From: Adineta vaga
Taxonomy: Eukaryota > Animalia > Rotifera
Direction: 5' to 3'
NCBI GenBank assembly: GCA_021613535.1
Contig: CP075495.1
Span: 2,170,001-2,234,000 of the forward strand
Length of the DNA: 64,000 nucleotides
Position 1 is the stretch's first letter, and the number at the start of each line of letters is the position of its first letter. A program made the position numbers and the translations under genes. Below are positions 14,323 to 29,066 of the stretch, one piece after another. A model generated the notes under the pieces. That model was not told the DNA's origin, ran no database searches, and worked only from the letters and a program-made list of their open reading frames with translations.

Positions 14323-14944
14323 TTTCGAAAGTGAGATTGTTACAGAGTATCTGAAAGAAAACGAAGATTTCAAGTTGATTTTTTTATAACACTACAAAAG
14401 GTTGTTAATTCGATAAATCTTTTTAAAAGTTTATTTCGTTAACAAGATTGTCTTGTATTAGATGGATTTATGACTATGTGTGCATGAGAGTTTATTGCAG
14501 AAAATAATATGACAGCTAAGAAAGTTGATATTAACATGCATGAATAGAATTTTCTTGGCAAATAACTTAATGTATGTTAATCAACATTGAAATTGTAATT
14601 GTTACTTTTGATTTCCTGTCAACATTCCATGAGAAATTCAGATAACGAACTTTTTTGTGTCAATACGGACGAATTATTCGTATTGAAAGCTTCAATTACA
14701 TCATTGAAATTTAAAATAATCATATCTTTGTTTTCTTTTGAAACTGTGCATCAATGAATACAAGATTTTTAATGATAGTATCCGTTGGAAAAATCGATGT
14801 CTATTTATAATATAGTATAATTTAGTCTGAAAAAAAACCCGGAATACCTACAGATATAGTTTTCCCATAGATTCTTACACAGTAGTGACACCTAGGATTT
14901 CACTAATATAAGAGATTAAGCTAGAGAATACAACAAAAAAAGAG

Positions 14945-15017
14945 AGGTTCGAGCGAGGTTTGAACTCGCGACCTTCTGCGTGTAAAGCAGACGTGATAAC
15001 CGCTACACCATCGAACC
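14945..15017 (-). tRNA. tRNA-Val (anticodon TAC)
   Basis: GGTTCGATGGTGTAGCGGTTATCACGTCTGCTTTACACGCAGAAGGTCGCGAGTTCAAACCTCGCTCGAACC folds to a full cloverleaf with A and B boxes. A T7 Pol III terminator follows a few nt downstream. Confidence 0.97.
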
Positions 15018-16675
15018 GATGGTATCAACTACAGAAAATATCGAAGAGATGATTATTAGAATCTTTTATATCAGACAACAAAAAAGATACATACACATCC
15101 TTGTATTGTCATACCATTGATATTAGACAAACAGTCAGAAATGTTCAAAAAATAAAAATTTTAAAAGATTTTCATTTACTATTATACGAAATGTGAAGCA
15201 TGTGATTAATAACAGAGGACGTTTGGTGTAAATAAACAGCTATAAATTATCATCATTCGCATATTTTATACCTATTTTGTACATAGTAAAACATTTTAAA
15301 GTGGGTGCGACATTCATATCTTACTCAAGTATACGCCTACATCCTCATCTATTCAAATTCCTTCGGACAATATTTGAATAGAATCAGTATATACAGATCT
15401 AAAATCTTAATACGGATAACATCAATCAACTAATAATTTTTTTTGTAAAATTTGTCTCCAGCAGTTTTGATTACAGTACATCAACATAGACAATAAACGA
15501 ATATTTCAATTGAAAATCATTTCGATACTAAACGTGATAAGTAACTTTCATGTTGAAAACATTTCTTTGTGATACAAATGAAACAGAAAGAAAGAGAAAT
15601 ACATAACAAGTTCATATTTTTTATAATACCATATCGAAAGAGAAAGTAAAAGAACAAAGTAGTAATACTATTATTTCGTTTTCATTTGAATAACATTCAC
15701 TTGTTCTCTTAATTTGACTATAAAACAATGGTTATACATTCTTTAATGGTGATGCTGTAATCAATGAATGACATTAATCCTTGAACATATGTGGTAAGTA
15801 TTGCTATTGTTAAAAAGAGAAACGATGCTCGACTCTATTTGATGATGATGAATAGAACTAGTTCACCAGTGATTCTTGTTCTTACATTTACTGTCTCGTT
15901 ACGATTTGACTATTATGCATTGTCAAGGTCCTGTATGTTAGGTAGACAATGATCAGAATACTGTCAAGTGTCACAGCTGAAGATGCATCATTAGACAGTT
16001 TTTATTGATGAATGACGATTGTGCACGCGAACAAATCGTTGAGTAAAAATAAAAAGAAATGATCAAGATTCTTCTAGTTACAGCTAATCGATGTCGTCAG
16101 AAAATTAAAAGGAATTTCGCCAAAGAAAACATAAACCAACGCCCTGTCTCACTTAAATGAGAGCGCATGTTTTTAAACAATTGATCGAATATTTTGAAGT
16201 GCAATCGAATACCCTCCGACACATGAAGAAAAAAATGAAGGTTGTCGGTAACATTTTGAAATGTGTTATAATTTTTTTGCTGTAACAAAATGAGAATGAG
16301 AGAGACAGAGAGGGAGCGTACAAAAAATGGAGAACAAGTAGTGATGCGAACGTAGAAAAAAAATGAGAAAGAGAGAGAGAGCGAAGTAACACATATACAC
16401 GCACGTACAATGTATTACATCAAACACATTCTTCAAGGAATAAAATAAGACACAATACATTGGAATCAATTGGTATTCTTTCTTCTCTTCTCTCCTCTCA
16501 TTCTCTCATTCTCGATTGTTTTGTCTTTAATCTTTGCCAATTTTTCATCGACAACACTTCGGACGCGGATCACTTACACTACTACCAACTTTTTATTTTA
16601 TCTCTCTCTCTCGTATCGTCTACTCTTCGTTCATTTTTTTTTTCATTCAATCAAGAACATACGCAAATAAAAGTA

Positions 16676-18575
16676 ATGTTGAAGTGGGCGGTGACACCAC
16701 GTTTAAACACAGACTACTTTGACCATGATGGTATTCATCATGGAGAGCATTGTCAATCGTTAACATTACAAGCAATTATTGATCAACATCGTCTTCCATG
16801 TCTTGTTCGACTAGTCAATGACGATGTCAATGATAACTACTGTCTTCTACTTTGTCAAACAACGGATCCATATTTGCTTGTTTCAAATGAAGCTGAACGT
16901 TTTTCTATTCCACTTTCATTTGATGGTAAGTGTTCTTGAAACAGGAGGAAAGAAAAGGTGTTGGAAAGATGATTCTTCATCTTATTCATACATTTCGATT
17001 TTTTCATACCTATAAACATATTCAAGAAATCTAATCATATTCACAAGAAATATTTCTTCAGAAATATGTAGGCTTCTATTTCATCAAAATATGTAAAAAG
17101 AAAAACGAGAAAAGAATCTAATCTTTCATGAATATTTCACAAAGAAGAATAATAACACGAGTGAAACAAAACTATTGTTTGAGAGAAGATCATGGAGTTC
17201 AAGAGAACGTTTCGCATTTTATTGGTTTTATCTAGGTTTGTTTGCTCCTGTCGAACAGGGTGTTACTCGATATAGTATTCTACAATCAGTACGTGCATTA
17301 CAATCACATCTAAAATCTCAATCATCATCATCAGGATGTTCATGTTTTACAACACTACAGCCATGTACAGCATACAACAAATCTGCTCTTCGTCGGATTC
17401 ATTCTGGAACAGTTCTTGAACCATGTCGTGCACCGATCATATCATGTCGATCTCCCTCACCATGCAGTTCTACATCGTCAGCAGCATCATCGAAACGTTT
17501 ACGTGCACTTCTTGCCAATCTTCCTCATTCATTCAACAAACATATTCTTCCCAGTCATCAACATTCACGATTACTCAAAAATCAACTACCGCCAAGCGAT
17601 TATCTCGAAGTGAAGTCGACTCAGAATGATGAACAATTTTGTCTGAAATCCGATTCGACTGGTGTGTTCGTTCCTGTCTACACTCAACTACCAACCAATA
17701 CTTCTTGTCGTCGTTCATCACTTTTACCTTGTTCATCACCATTTTCATCATCATTTTCCAATCAAGTTCAAGGTTTATACACCGTTTCATTGTTAAGTCA
17801 ATTATCTCATCAATATCCACTTATCAGTGAACTTGTCATTAGTCGAACATTGGAAGAAAATGTTCCAACAGATGTTGGATATCCATTTCGTCGTTTGACG
17901 TTACATCGTCTTGTCGAACAACACACACGTATTCTTGCATTCGATATGAAAAACTATGCATTCATTGAACTTGATACAAACAACTCTCTCGATTTCTATA
18001 CACTTGAACATGAAGATACTCTTTTTCAACGATATCAAGCTCAACTAAGATGGTGTGATACTCACATGGCTGCATTTCGTTCCCAAATCAAGACTGTTGT
18101 TCATTCATCAAATGGAACAGCAATGTTTGTTCAAACAATACCAGTTCATGGTCAACAATATCATCTGCATCGAAATTCAGCAGCATCATCAACAACGACA
18201 TCACCTATTCCTAAACACATTCCGCAGACAATCTTTACATCGACTGATTCCATATCATCTGCTCGTTCTCGTGCTCGTACACCTTCAGCATCAAAGTTTC
18301 ATACAGCATCGAATCATCTACGACAAGATCAACAACAATCCAAAAGTCGAACAACTCGATCAAGTGCTATGACACGAAAAGATATTCGTGTTTATTTCAA
18401 TGATCCAACAATTCCAAAACAGTCTGAAGTTACATCACGAGCAATGATTAAACAAACCTCGTTCAATAAAAAGCATTCTGCCTATCGAACAAATAGTGCT
18501 GAAAGTGACAGTCTTGAAGGCGATGGTGATGGCGATGTAGAAACCGACGATTTATATCAATGTACAGCACTGTAA
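16676..18575 (+). CDS. CABIT-domain-like protein (GAREM/THEMIS/Serrano-like) with Ser-rich tail; exons 16676-16925, 17236-18575
   Basis: LTLQAIIDQHRLPCLVRLV and FSIPLSFDG|LFAPV...LQSVRAL match the CABIT pattern. Phase-1 intron; long second exon. Confidence 0.6.
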
Positions 18576-21500
18576 TTTATTTGAAAGCATATAGTTGATG
18601 CACAAAGTGTACAGAGTCTACTGTTTCATTTCATTTTGTTTCTATTTGTTATATTATGAAGACAGAGGTGATGGTGAGCAGAGTGGAGAGAAAGAGAAAG
18701 TTGTAAACGAACGCGAAATGTACGGAATTTTCTGTTTTTTTTTGTATAATAAATGTTTTAAAATGATTTGATGATGAAATGAAAATGGATGTGAATGTGA
18801 ATATGATTGCTTTTGTTGTCAGTGATCCGAAGTTGATCTATCATAAAGACGAGACAACATCTGTGTCTGTCTTCTCAAATATATATATATAAATTTGTCT
18901 TATATATCGATTGCAGTATATAAAGGATTATGTTATATAAGAGAATCGAATCAGATCAAATGTCTGTTGATCGCTTTTGATAAGAGACTTTATGATGATT
19001 GTTGTTCAATTTCTACTTATTTGCTTTAGCAAATTGTAGATCACATTTATCTTCATTACTAGACAGCTCAGAATTAATCACTGTAGTATAATATAAAAGT
19101 AGACTTGAAATGTTGAAGTTCATTTGATCCAAATGATTGTTTCATCAATAGATCCATTATCTTATGACAGAACTATTTTATAGTTGCAGTTAAAACCCAT
19201 AGGTTTCTTTTGATCGATAACATCTGACCGGAATTCTCATAAGTATATTTTCTAGTGACTAAGATTTCAACGAAATCAATATTTTCGATTGAGAAATATT
19301 CAATACTACTGCAATAAACTACTAGTGATAATGACACAAATGTATTGATTTCTTCTGTGCCAGTGAAAATAGTATAAACTGATACAATTCTTCAAATATA
19401 AATTCTCATTATTTTTAACAAAAAGGAATTAACAATGTGAAATCTCTTTCATTAGTGTTACTAAGTTTGTTCGTGAAGAAGGAACTGTGCTGCGGTACTC
19501 CATATATAATATATTGTAGAAATTTTACAGTTTGTATTCTGTTCTCTCTGATTAGATATTCATAACAAAAAGTTTTAGAAAAGAACTAATCATGACTTCA
19601 TCTCAATGATTAACAAACTCTTTTCAAAATCAATATTTGATCGTATTTCGAATCAGTATAGTATTTAATGTAATCGATAACTGAATGATTACTTCAAGCA
19701 AACATATGAATTGATCAATAGTACACATTGATAATCATCTAAGACATCCTTTTACCTCTAAAATATCGATGGAAATTAGTGAATTATCAAAAATTACTCA
19801 ATGCGTGCAAATATATTTTTCACAGGATATACGCCTGAAACAAGTAGATGATCATTGATTATAGCAAAAGATTCATTATATGAATGCAAAAGTGGTCTAT
19901 TGAGAAGTAGTCTAGATCTTATGAATTGAAAATAAGAATTAAGTCATGCATCAAAGTAGAAGTATTTTGTTATATATAGGTTTTTTTTCCTATTCAATTA
20001 GAGTTTCATAGGAAGACGATGATCTGACGTCAAACAGGAGATTGATAATTATATTTCGCATTATCTCTAGAGCATGCATCTGCGTCATCCATCGAATTCT
20101 AAGACATGCTTATTAATAAATATATATTCTATTAGTTTATATCGATGTATTCAAAGTACGATTTGATTCCAGAACAATATCTTAAAGTGAAATATGTTGA
20201 GTAATTCGAACAAAACTAATTGACCCCTTTGTATTTTTCTTTTGCTAAGTAAAAATTATTGATTTTATTGAATGGAATCTTAATGAAATGATTTTCCATC
20301 TATTTTCATTTCTAGAAGGAGATTTACTGAGAATGAAACATTCAAATGATCTACAGTATTGTATATACTCAAAGATATGATACTCAGTGTACTTTTTATT
20401 ATTATTTTGCATAAAATCTTAAATTATTCACACAACAATAAACAAGCCATTTAGTAAAATAGAAGTCTCTATTGTAACTGTATGTACTACGTGTATCATA
20501 ATTGTATAAGGAAGAGAAGAAAAAAATGTAGGTGAGAAAGATTAATATCCGTTTTGTCAAAGATTTAATTCAAATTCAGTTAATCGATTTAAACCTCGAT
20601 TACATTCCAGTTTAACGCGTTTAGAAAATCTATTACTTATTGTTTATTACATAAAAACTTGTTGTTCGATTGCATTTTTTTCTTACACTCTTGTCATAGA
20701 TCTGTTTTCGAACTAATCACATTTTCAATTGAATGTGTTTTGTGTTCATTTGTGAGTGAACATCGGTAATCACACGTCAACGTCAATGTCCATTGCTTCC
20801 TCATGATCGATACATAGACTAGCAGATTGTCATCATGGATCACACAGTGTGATAAGACGATCAAAACAAATAAAAATGTCTTGTCCTTTTTTTTTCAAAA
20901 AATGTTTTCATACATTACTAAGAAGACATAGAAAATCATTAATCTATACAAACATTTCAATTTTCTTTCAATTGACACTCTTATTCTTCATGTCTCTTCA
21001 GTATTAACACGTATATATATCAGAAATAAGATTAGCTTTCGTTTTTTCGATTGATTTACTTCGATTCATTTTTCTTCTGATAAGCTTGATAGAATCGTAT
21101 CATTTCCATCGTTTTACATCTAGTAAGCAGATGATAAGACATTCCATATCATTGGACTTATTTGTCCGAATGTCCTATCAGATGAGTAGAAGGCGGAGAC
21201 AGAGAGTATAGCTTGCTTCCTCTATTTCTTTTGAATGACTGCACTAAATAAATCATAGAATATCATGACAGTCTGGCAAGAATAACATCATCATCATTTA
21301 TTAATCCGTTGAATGAAATCAACAAGATCATCTATGTTCCACCTTCTTTCTGGCTTACGGCTATTTTAGCCATTATTCGACATTAAGTCGACGATCAGTT
21401 AAAACAACAAGCTAAATTAATAGAAGCATATGTCGTAACGTTCTTTTTTTTTGCCTACTAAAAATCTCATACCTTGTTGAAATCAACGACGCCACTGATA

Positions 21501-22868
21501 GTCACTCAATTAGCTTTTTTTTCATACACAGTTATTAATAGATTAGGTCAAGTGTAGCTAGAAATAAACGAATGAATCAATGAAAGCAAATATAAACTAT
21601 ACATAAACATGAGTCGATACGACTAATTCTAGATGGTATAGATGATCATAGTAATGGACAAACATCAAGTGACTTATCACGAACTGTCTTTTTAACTTGA
21701 TGCGACAAGTATAATATAGTACAGTTCTCTCATATTCGATTTCCGTTCGGATGTGTCGGCGACTGCATCTGTTCATTGTTGTTATGTGAATTCATCAAAC
21801 GAATCTCTGCACGTGCCAGAATGTCGTACATGTTAATCAAATCCTTTATGTTGAAGAAAAGAAAAAAAAAAGGAAAAGCATCTCACTCGATAAATATCCA
21901 AAAGGAATCAAATTGAACTATATGTTGACATAAAATTTGATGAGAAAGACAACCGCCTGTTGTGTTCAGTTAACCTTGATTCAATCGATTGATTGAGCGA
22001 TTAGTGTGCATGTTGTTCATCAACGAATATTTTTGTTGTCGTTCTCTGTCAATCAGCCGTGATGTAAGAGCAATTTGCTATTATTCGCCGCTCGTCTACA
22101 CACCTTTGTCTGTGAAACTAAAGCACGTGCCTTCATCATTTCTTTCTCCTTATTCATTGAAGCGAATTTTTAATAGGGCATTATTTACACTTGATTGTTA
22201 AGGTATTTCCTCCATCTTCTTTTCTTTATATGAAAACAACAAAGAAGCCCTATTAGTTTTTTTTTCAACAGATCAAACGTCTTCTACTTTGGCATCTGAA
22301 GAAGAAAATCATCCTCACCATCATCATTATTAGAGAACGTCATCTACTCTAATTGGCCACTGCTATTTCCTCATGCATTGAAAAGTAAATCACCTGCATC
22401 ATTGCATGCATACGAAATCAATATTTACTGGAATGGGCAGATCTCATTTTGACATGATATCGATAATAATGATCGATAATAATGTTGATTATGCAATTGA
22501 AAAAGAAACGAACGACGATTAACTCATTATGTACATATTGCAATTGAACGAGAAATATATGTACATATATATATATATATATTTATGTCAATAGGTGGGA
22601 AAGAAAATGAGTGAGAGTCAATTAAATCAATGCAAAAGATTTTTCATTCTGTAAAATATAGATATGAACGAAATCTTATTTGCTTTCATAATCAAGAATT
22701 AGATCATTGAGAATTTTGATTGTTAAATAAAAACGAATTAAAATTAAGATATGAAAACAGTATGTCCGTATAGTATGATTTTTGATTTGACAGTGAACTT
22801 GATTTGTTTTTAATTATTTGACTTTTCTATTTGAATAAGTTCTTGAATCTCAAATGAGATTTTCTATA

Positions 22869-24290
22869 TGACGTCAGTATGTAAGACAATTGACAATATA
22901 TTGTTGACGTGGAATACACATGCAACAAAGTTGCTTGACTCGTACCGGAAATGCCTCTCATTTCGTATGCTGTTTGGCAATGTCACTCTTCCACCTACGT
23001 TTCTCATTTTTCTTGCCGTGTGTGCTAATTTATATTTGCTTGCCTGTTGTCTTCATTCTAATATTGATCTACAATACATCATTACTACACGAAAAAAATG
23101 TTCTTCCTCGCACTCTCTTTTACCAATATATTACTTTGAAAATCAGATTGCTAGACGTCGACTTCGTTGTAGAAGAAAAATATTGTTCTTTGTTCGTCGC
23201 AGCGAACTCTAATGGACTGCACTATAATAGGGTAGTTCTGCACCGGAAGTCAATTTTCTTTGCTTACCAGGGTGTGTGTGTGTATGTGCAGACTTTGCTA
23301 ATGTTACCAAACGCAAAAAGACAGGCTAGAAGGAAAGATAATAAACGGGGGAAAAAAAACGAGAAGAGAAAAGGAAAAAGGAGAGAGGAAAAAAAGAAAG
23401 ATTGGCAAGACAAATCTAAAAAAGCGAGTCATCCAGTCACTATACAGGAAATAGCTGCTGATGCTTGAACTTTTTGTGATAAAGATGAAGAAGAAACGAT
23501 ATGACCACTGGATCAAGCAATGAATGAAAAAAAAACGAGAGACGTTAATTTTCTCTATGATGATTATTAAAAATCGAATTAAAATATTGTTTAAAAAAAA
23601 ACTAGAATCTTTCGAATTTTGCTATGAACGAATTGAATTTAAGTGCAGAGAAAAATATTCTCATGTAAAACCTTGAAATATTTCGTTATGTTCAAACAAA
23701 TATCACATCCGCCCAATCGTTCACTTTCTTTTTTTCTTTTTATATTACTCCAGTGCTCAAAAAGAAAAAGAACGAGAAGACATTCCACCCGCACACAAAC
23801 ACGTAGATAGGCTCGTCTCAATGAAGAAGAATGAATATGATTGGTTAAAGAATTCTATTGGACGTGCAGGCATGCAGAAACACGCACGCGTATGTATGTC
23901 ATGATTTTTTTTCTTCACACAAGGAAGAGACGGAGAGGAATAGAGAGAGAAAGAGAGCGAAAGAAAAAAGAGAGAGAGACGGAAAGGCCTCAGTTCCTGC
24001 TTCCTTCTGCTCCTCATTCGTCATTGCTACTTCTACATTGTCGTCAACCTACACGAAGAAATATAGCGGCGACGACAACGGAGATTCAATCTCTCTTAAT
24101 CGGGCATTGCATTTCCGTAAAAGTTCTTTTCTCTGTCGGTCGTCGACACGATTTCAAGGAAGTCCGGGACTTAAAGGCGTCCTCTCTTCTCGTCCGTCCC
24201 ACAACCACATATACTCATACATATAACAACATCGACACATCATGCTTACTGGTAAGCGAGTCGTTCTGTTTAAGGAAGCCAAGATTTCCG
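22869..24290. promoter_or_regulatory. Upstream regulatory/promoter region of the ETS gene: clustered ETS sites, CRE, inverted CCAAT boxes, GA tracts
   Basis: TGACGTCA 22869, ACCGGAAAT 22944, ACCGGAAGT 23242, ACAGGAAAT 23444, further GGAA cores to about 24290, ATTGG near 23840 and 23857. Confidence 0.45.
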
Positions 24291-26529
24291 TCTGCCTTCA
24301 ACTTAGTCCATGCGTTTGAGCGCACGAACAGGAATCGAAGTTTTCCGTTTTTCAAAAAAAAAGAAGAAGAAGGAAACGACAACGATAGCATTGCCACTAC
24401 TATTCGCTTCGCTCTAGTTATTATAACTAATATCTTAGATAGACATTTTTCGAGTTACATTTGGCCAGAAAAAAAAAGGAAACGCAATGGTACAACAAGT
24501 CGAGCACATCCGTTCGGAGAGACAAACGAAAAGAAAAAAAGCGAGAGTGCGGAGAAAAAACTATTCGTCTCGATCAGAATGTCAGTTTGCATAACATTTA
24601 AAACATCATTTCTATTCTTTATCTTCTTTAGAACCATCAAAACATGCCTGGCCGCATATAGGTATTGGTAGTACAGCATCGAATGTTTCCAATAGCAGTA
24701 AGTTGCTTGAAGATTTTTTTAAATAAGATGAAAAAAAGGATAACATTGCAGTTTATTTATCTTTACTCTTCAGCTTAGTTCAAGTGTCGATAGAAGATTA
24801 GGAAAACTCCTGAAAGATTTGCGCAAATAATTAGGTAGATAGAAGTGAAATTGAGCAAATGTTTTTTCTTGCTCACATCTAAGTGCTTACTGCCACTGTA
24901 TATGTACATTTAAGTGAAAAAAATAAGCAAAACAAGCTGTCGATAAAATTGACACATCTTTTTCGCGAGATATTTTTTATTTGAAAAATATAAAGAAGAA
25001 GAAGAATATTCTTTTCTCTAACCTATCTATGTTAGTAACACTTCGATATTTATTGAATTTTAAATAAATTGAATATCAACTATCATCTGTTCAACAGTAT
25101 CGTAGAGACACTTGTTCTTCTTTTTTTACAATAGTCTGATTGACTAAATGTACTTCTGTTCATTTTCTTTCGTATTTTTATATGTCATGAAAATGAAACA
25201 GCGGGTGGGAGAAGAAAGACTAAAAATGCCGCTCTTTTCCCAGTTCTTAATTATCAATCGTTTGTCTTTCTTGACTAACGATATTCAACAACAGAAAAAA
25301 AGTCAACAATAATCGAATAAACTAATTCTTTTTTCTTTCTCTAAATCAAATCGATTGACAATCAAAGAATTGATTGTTCGAGTAGTACATCATGTTCATC
25401 TAATTGTCCTTTTTTTTCTTCTTTATTAGTTGGCTATCATACAACGACAACTCCTTCGTCGACATCATCATCAACTTCTTCAACCAATGCTGGTGGTAGC
25501 AGTAGTTCAAGAGTGAAAAATGATTATGATAATGGATCAGGACGTGGAAATGATTCTGTTTCAAATACAGGTCATCAACATCAACATCAACAACAGCAAC
25601 AACAACAGCAGCAACAACAACAATCATCACCTTGGTCATCATTGGTTAAATCAGAATCACCACATGGATTAAGAGGTAAACCAATGATAATCAATAAGAT
25701 TGTTAAATCTAATTTTGCTTTGTAATTTAGATCCTTATTCATCTTTTTCAAGTCAATCATTTTTTCCTCATAATTCTCATCGATTTGGTGGAGGAGCTGC
25801 TGGTAAATAATCTTATTTTTTTCCTTCTTTTAACTTGAATTTTTTCTCATCTTGTTCATTGTAGGTACAGGTCAAATTCAATTATGGCAATTTTTACTTG
25901 AATTATTAGCTGATGCGAGTGCCAATGCAAATATTATTGCTTGGGAAGGTTCAAATGGTGAATTTAAATTAATTGATCCAGATGAAGTTGCACGTCGATG
26001 GGGAGAACGAAAATCTAAACCAAATATGAATTATGATAAATTATCACGTGCATTACGTTATTATTATGATAAAAATATTATGACTAAAGTTCATGGTAAA
26101 CGATATGCATATAAATTTGATTTCAATGGTTTACATCAATTAAATCAACCACAATTACCTGAATCACCTTACGCAAAATATCAACAAGAAATGATGCGTT
26201 CATCACATGCACATGCAGCTTATTTTAAATGGAGTGCATTGAGTTCAGCAGCAGCAACATCGTCTGCTGTTCATATGCCACATCATCCTCATCATCATCA
26301 TCCTGTAGCAGCCGCAGCAGCCTCAACTGCATATGCACCTTATTGGAATCATACAAGTACATATGACTATGCAGCTAATTTTACTGCACCAAATCCATAT
26401 TTATCAACATATAATTGGGTTAGTCCAACAGCAAGTACAACTTCGTCAACACTCACATCATCTGGAACAGGAGGATTATCATCAACAAGCACAGCATCTA
26501 CTGCCATTTCTCCATCATTACCCTATTGA
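24242..26529 (+). CDS. ETS transcription factor, ERG/FLI1/FEV subfamily, no PNT domain evident
   Basis: [13 protein letters not shown]...[50 protein letters not shown]. Exons 24242-24251 (MLT), 24632-24697 (EPSKHAWP), 25430-25675, 25731-25802 and 25866-26529 join in frame. PolyQ and His/Ala tracts. Confidence 0.93.
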
Positions 26530-27345
26530 AATTGACGAAAAAAAACACATATCTATTGTTCTGTTGTATACAATTCCTTTTCTTTTTTTTTCTCTCTCTT
26601 ATTCTTTTTTTTTGAGTGAATTAAAAAATCACACACCATTATCAGCACGTTATCTTGATGATCATAGCATGAGGCACCTGGACACGAACATCTGCATGTA
26701 AATGTGACAATGACTGTCTATCTAGTAAAATTCACTTAGCATGAATAATGATCGATTGCTATTCTGTTGTTGATATTGTTGTTGTTAATATTATTCTTGA
26801 GATGAACTTATTCGAAAAAATTTTAATATATGTTCCTTTTTTGCCTTCTGCTTCTACTTTATGTTTTTCTTCTTCTTTTTCTAATTGAATATGAGAAGTG
26901 TCGTTCATTTCCGTTCTTCCTTCTGTCTACTCAATCACACCTTACATAATATTCGTCGTATTGAAAGATCAAAATTCACTTTTAAGTCAAGTGTAGTATC
27001 GTTGCATTTAATTGTTTCTATCGAAAATAGTGTCAACGACACGAATGAATAATGCGGAAAGAACGATTGATGAAAAGAAAAGAAAAAGGATATGTTTCAC
27101 TCTTCAAACATGTAAGCATCTTGTCAATGATAGGAATATATAGAAAGCGTTTAATGTCTAATTTCAATGATCAAAAAATGACGATCGGCGCAAACTCATC
27201 ATCATCTTCAATTGCTTTTCTCTTTAGTCAGCCATTAGAACAGCTGGCGCGATATACGACATGTAAAAAACAAACAATGGTTAGTAGAATCTTTTTCAAT
27301 ACCATATTTCTTTTCATTACTTCTAAAATATTTAGTTCGACAAGG

Positions 27346-29066
27346 ATGAATATTACACAGAAAATTTCAGCCATAATCATTTTGCTATTCATTCAATCCT
27401 ATGCACAAGCCATGCTTGATAATGTAGGTAGGTTAAGAAGAACAATTAATTTCGTGATTTTGTTGACAAATGTAATCTATTTTGAAGATTATATTGATGA
27501 TGATGATTCTTCTGCTACAAATGATTCATCAACATCAATCAAATCTACAACTACTAAAACTTCATTTTCATCAATAATAATCACAGCTCTATCGACCGCA
27601 TCTACACGAGCGAAAACAACGAATTATGGTAAGACTTCATTGGCGCTTAGAAATCGATCTCAACTACATTAACAACAAATCCAAGTAGACAAATTACTGT
27701 TGCACCCATGGCACCTTATATTCTTGCTAGAAATCTTCTTGATCAATTTAATCATTATCGTACTGGTGATATTCTGTCTCGTATTAAACAGTGCGATTCA
27801 AAAATGAAATTAACTGATATGTGTGAAGTCTATACAATGGATAATCATACATATTCAATTATACGTAGCGCTAATATTGAATTTCAATCTTTACAAAACA
27901 TCTATGAAATTTTGATTGATCGTTTAATAGTGAAAAAATTGGCTAATCTTTGTTCACCTGGTCAATGGTGCTTAGGAAACATATCACAAGAAGATATTCG
28001 TTTTACAATGGATATTTTCCGACAACGTGGACGTTCATTTTGTGCATTGAAAGGATGTCATCATCGTTTGACAGTACATATCAATACATGTCCAATCATT
28101 TCACCGAAAGTATATTAATTTCTAATCGAATTACTTCAATTCTTGTCTCTATTCCTTATCTAGAATACAAGCGTAACCACAATGAAATTATTACCAATGT
28201 TATGTGCACTTTATGAAGAACCACAAAGTTCGAATTCAAATACGTGTATGAAACAGATTGTATATCTTTTACATATTTTTTATGCATTTTGGCCACAAAT
28301 TGAAGTAAGAAGATTTTTGTTTACAATCAATGTCATTTTATGTATCATCGTATAGACATGTCATCGTATTATTACTTCTGGTTCTGATGGTTGTACAACT
28401 GCTTGTTTAACATTGGATAATCTTCTTCATTTCGTCGAAAGTCAATGCAGTGCAGATGCTTCATTCTTAACTCGGTAAGATCAATAAATCATGTTTATTA
28501 TACATTATATTTTTCTCATAATTGAAATATAAAATAGAATACCTGAATTAGCTTGGTATCGATTGATAAATTTACGAGAAGAATGTCGTCGTGAATCTAT
28601 TCCAGATACATCTCCATTTGTTTCTTCGGTAGGTCACATAACAATTTGACTATCTAATAAATATTTTTTTCAAGGTCAAAAATTTCATTTCATCAAACAT
28701 ACTTTGGTATCGATTTCATCAACGACCGATCTATGCAGCTCTCTTTATTATTGTCGTTATTTGTATTGTTATTAGTTTTTCATTATGTTTATATGTTATG
28801 TCAAAGAATGATTACGAATCATCTAATCGTCATACTGATGATGATTATGAATATACACGTTTACATGATTCAACATTTGAACTTGGTGCAAGTACTGAAA
28901 GTATGTTTTGTTCATTATCTACAACATATATATATATAATCATTCTAAACATCTATATTTAGTTCCGAATTCAAATCTATCATCCAATAATGCATCAGCA
29001 TTTGATTTACGTAATCATCATCATCGTTCACCTGAACATCAACGTTTATTATACATGGAATCATAA
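27346..29066 (+). CDS. Uncharacterised type I membrane protein (signal peptide, S/T-rich stalk, Cys-rich ectodomain, TM, Tyr-motif tail); apparent frameshift near 27650
   Basis: Signal peptide MNITQKISAIIILLFIQSYAQA, many Cys, TM AALFIIVVICIVISFSLCLYVM, tail DDDYEYTRL. Introns join in frame except at 27628-27690. Confidence 0.65.

Noticed and set aside
22868-24679. Long ORFs (22920-23468, 23841-24671 and others) upstream of the ETS gene
   Set aside because: Low-complexity K/E/R or F/L/S translations of purine tracts in a promoter/5'-UTR region; no protein-like features.
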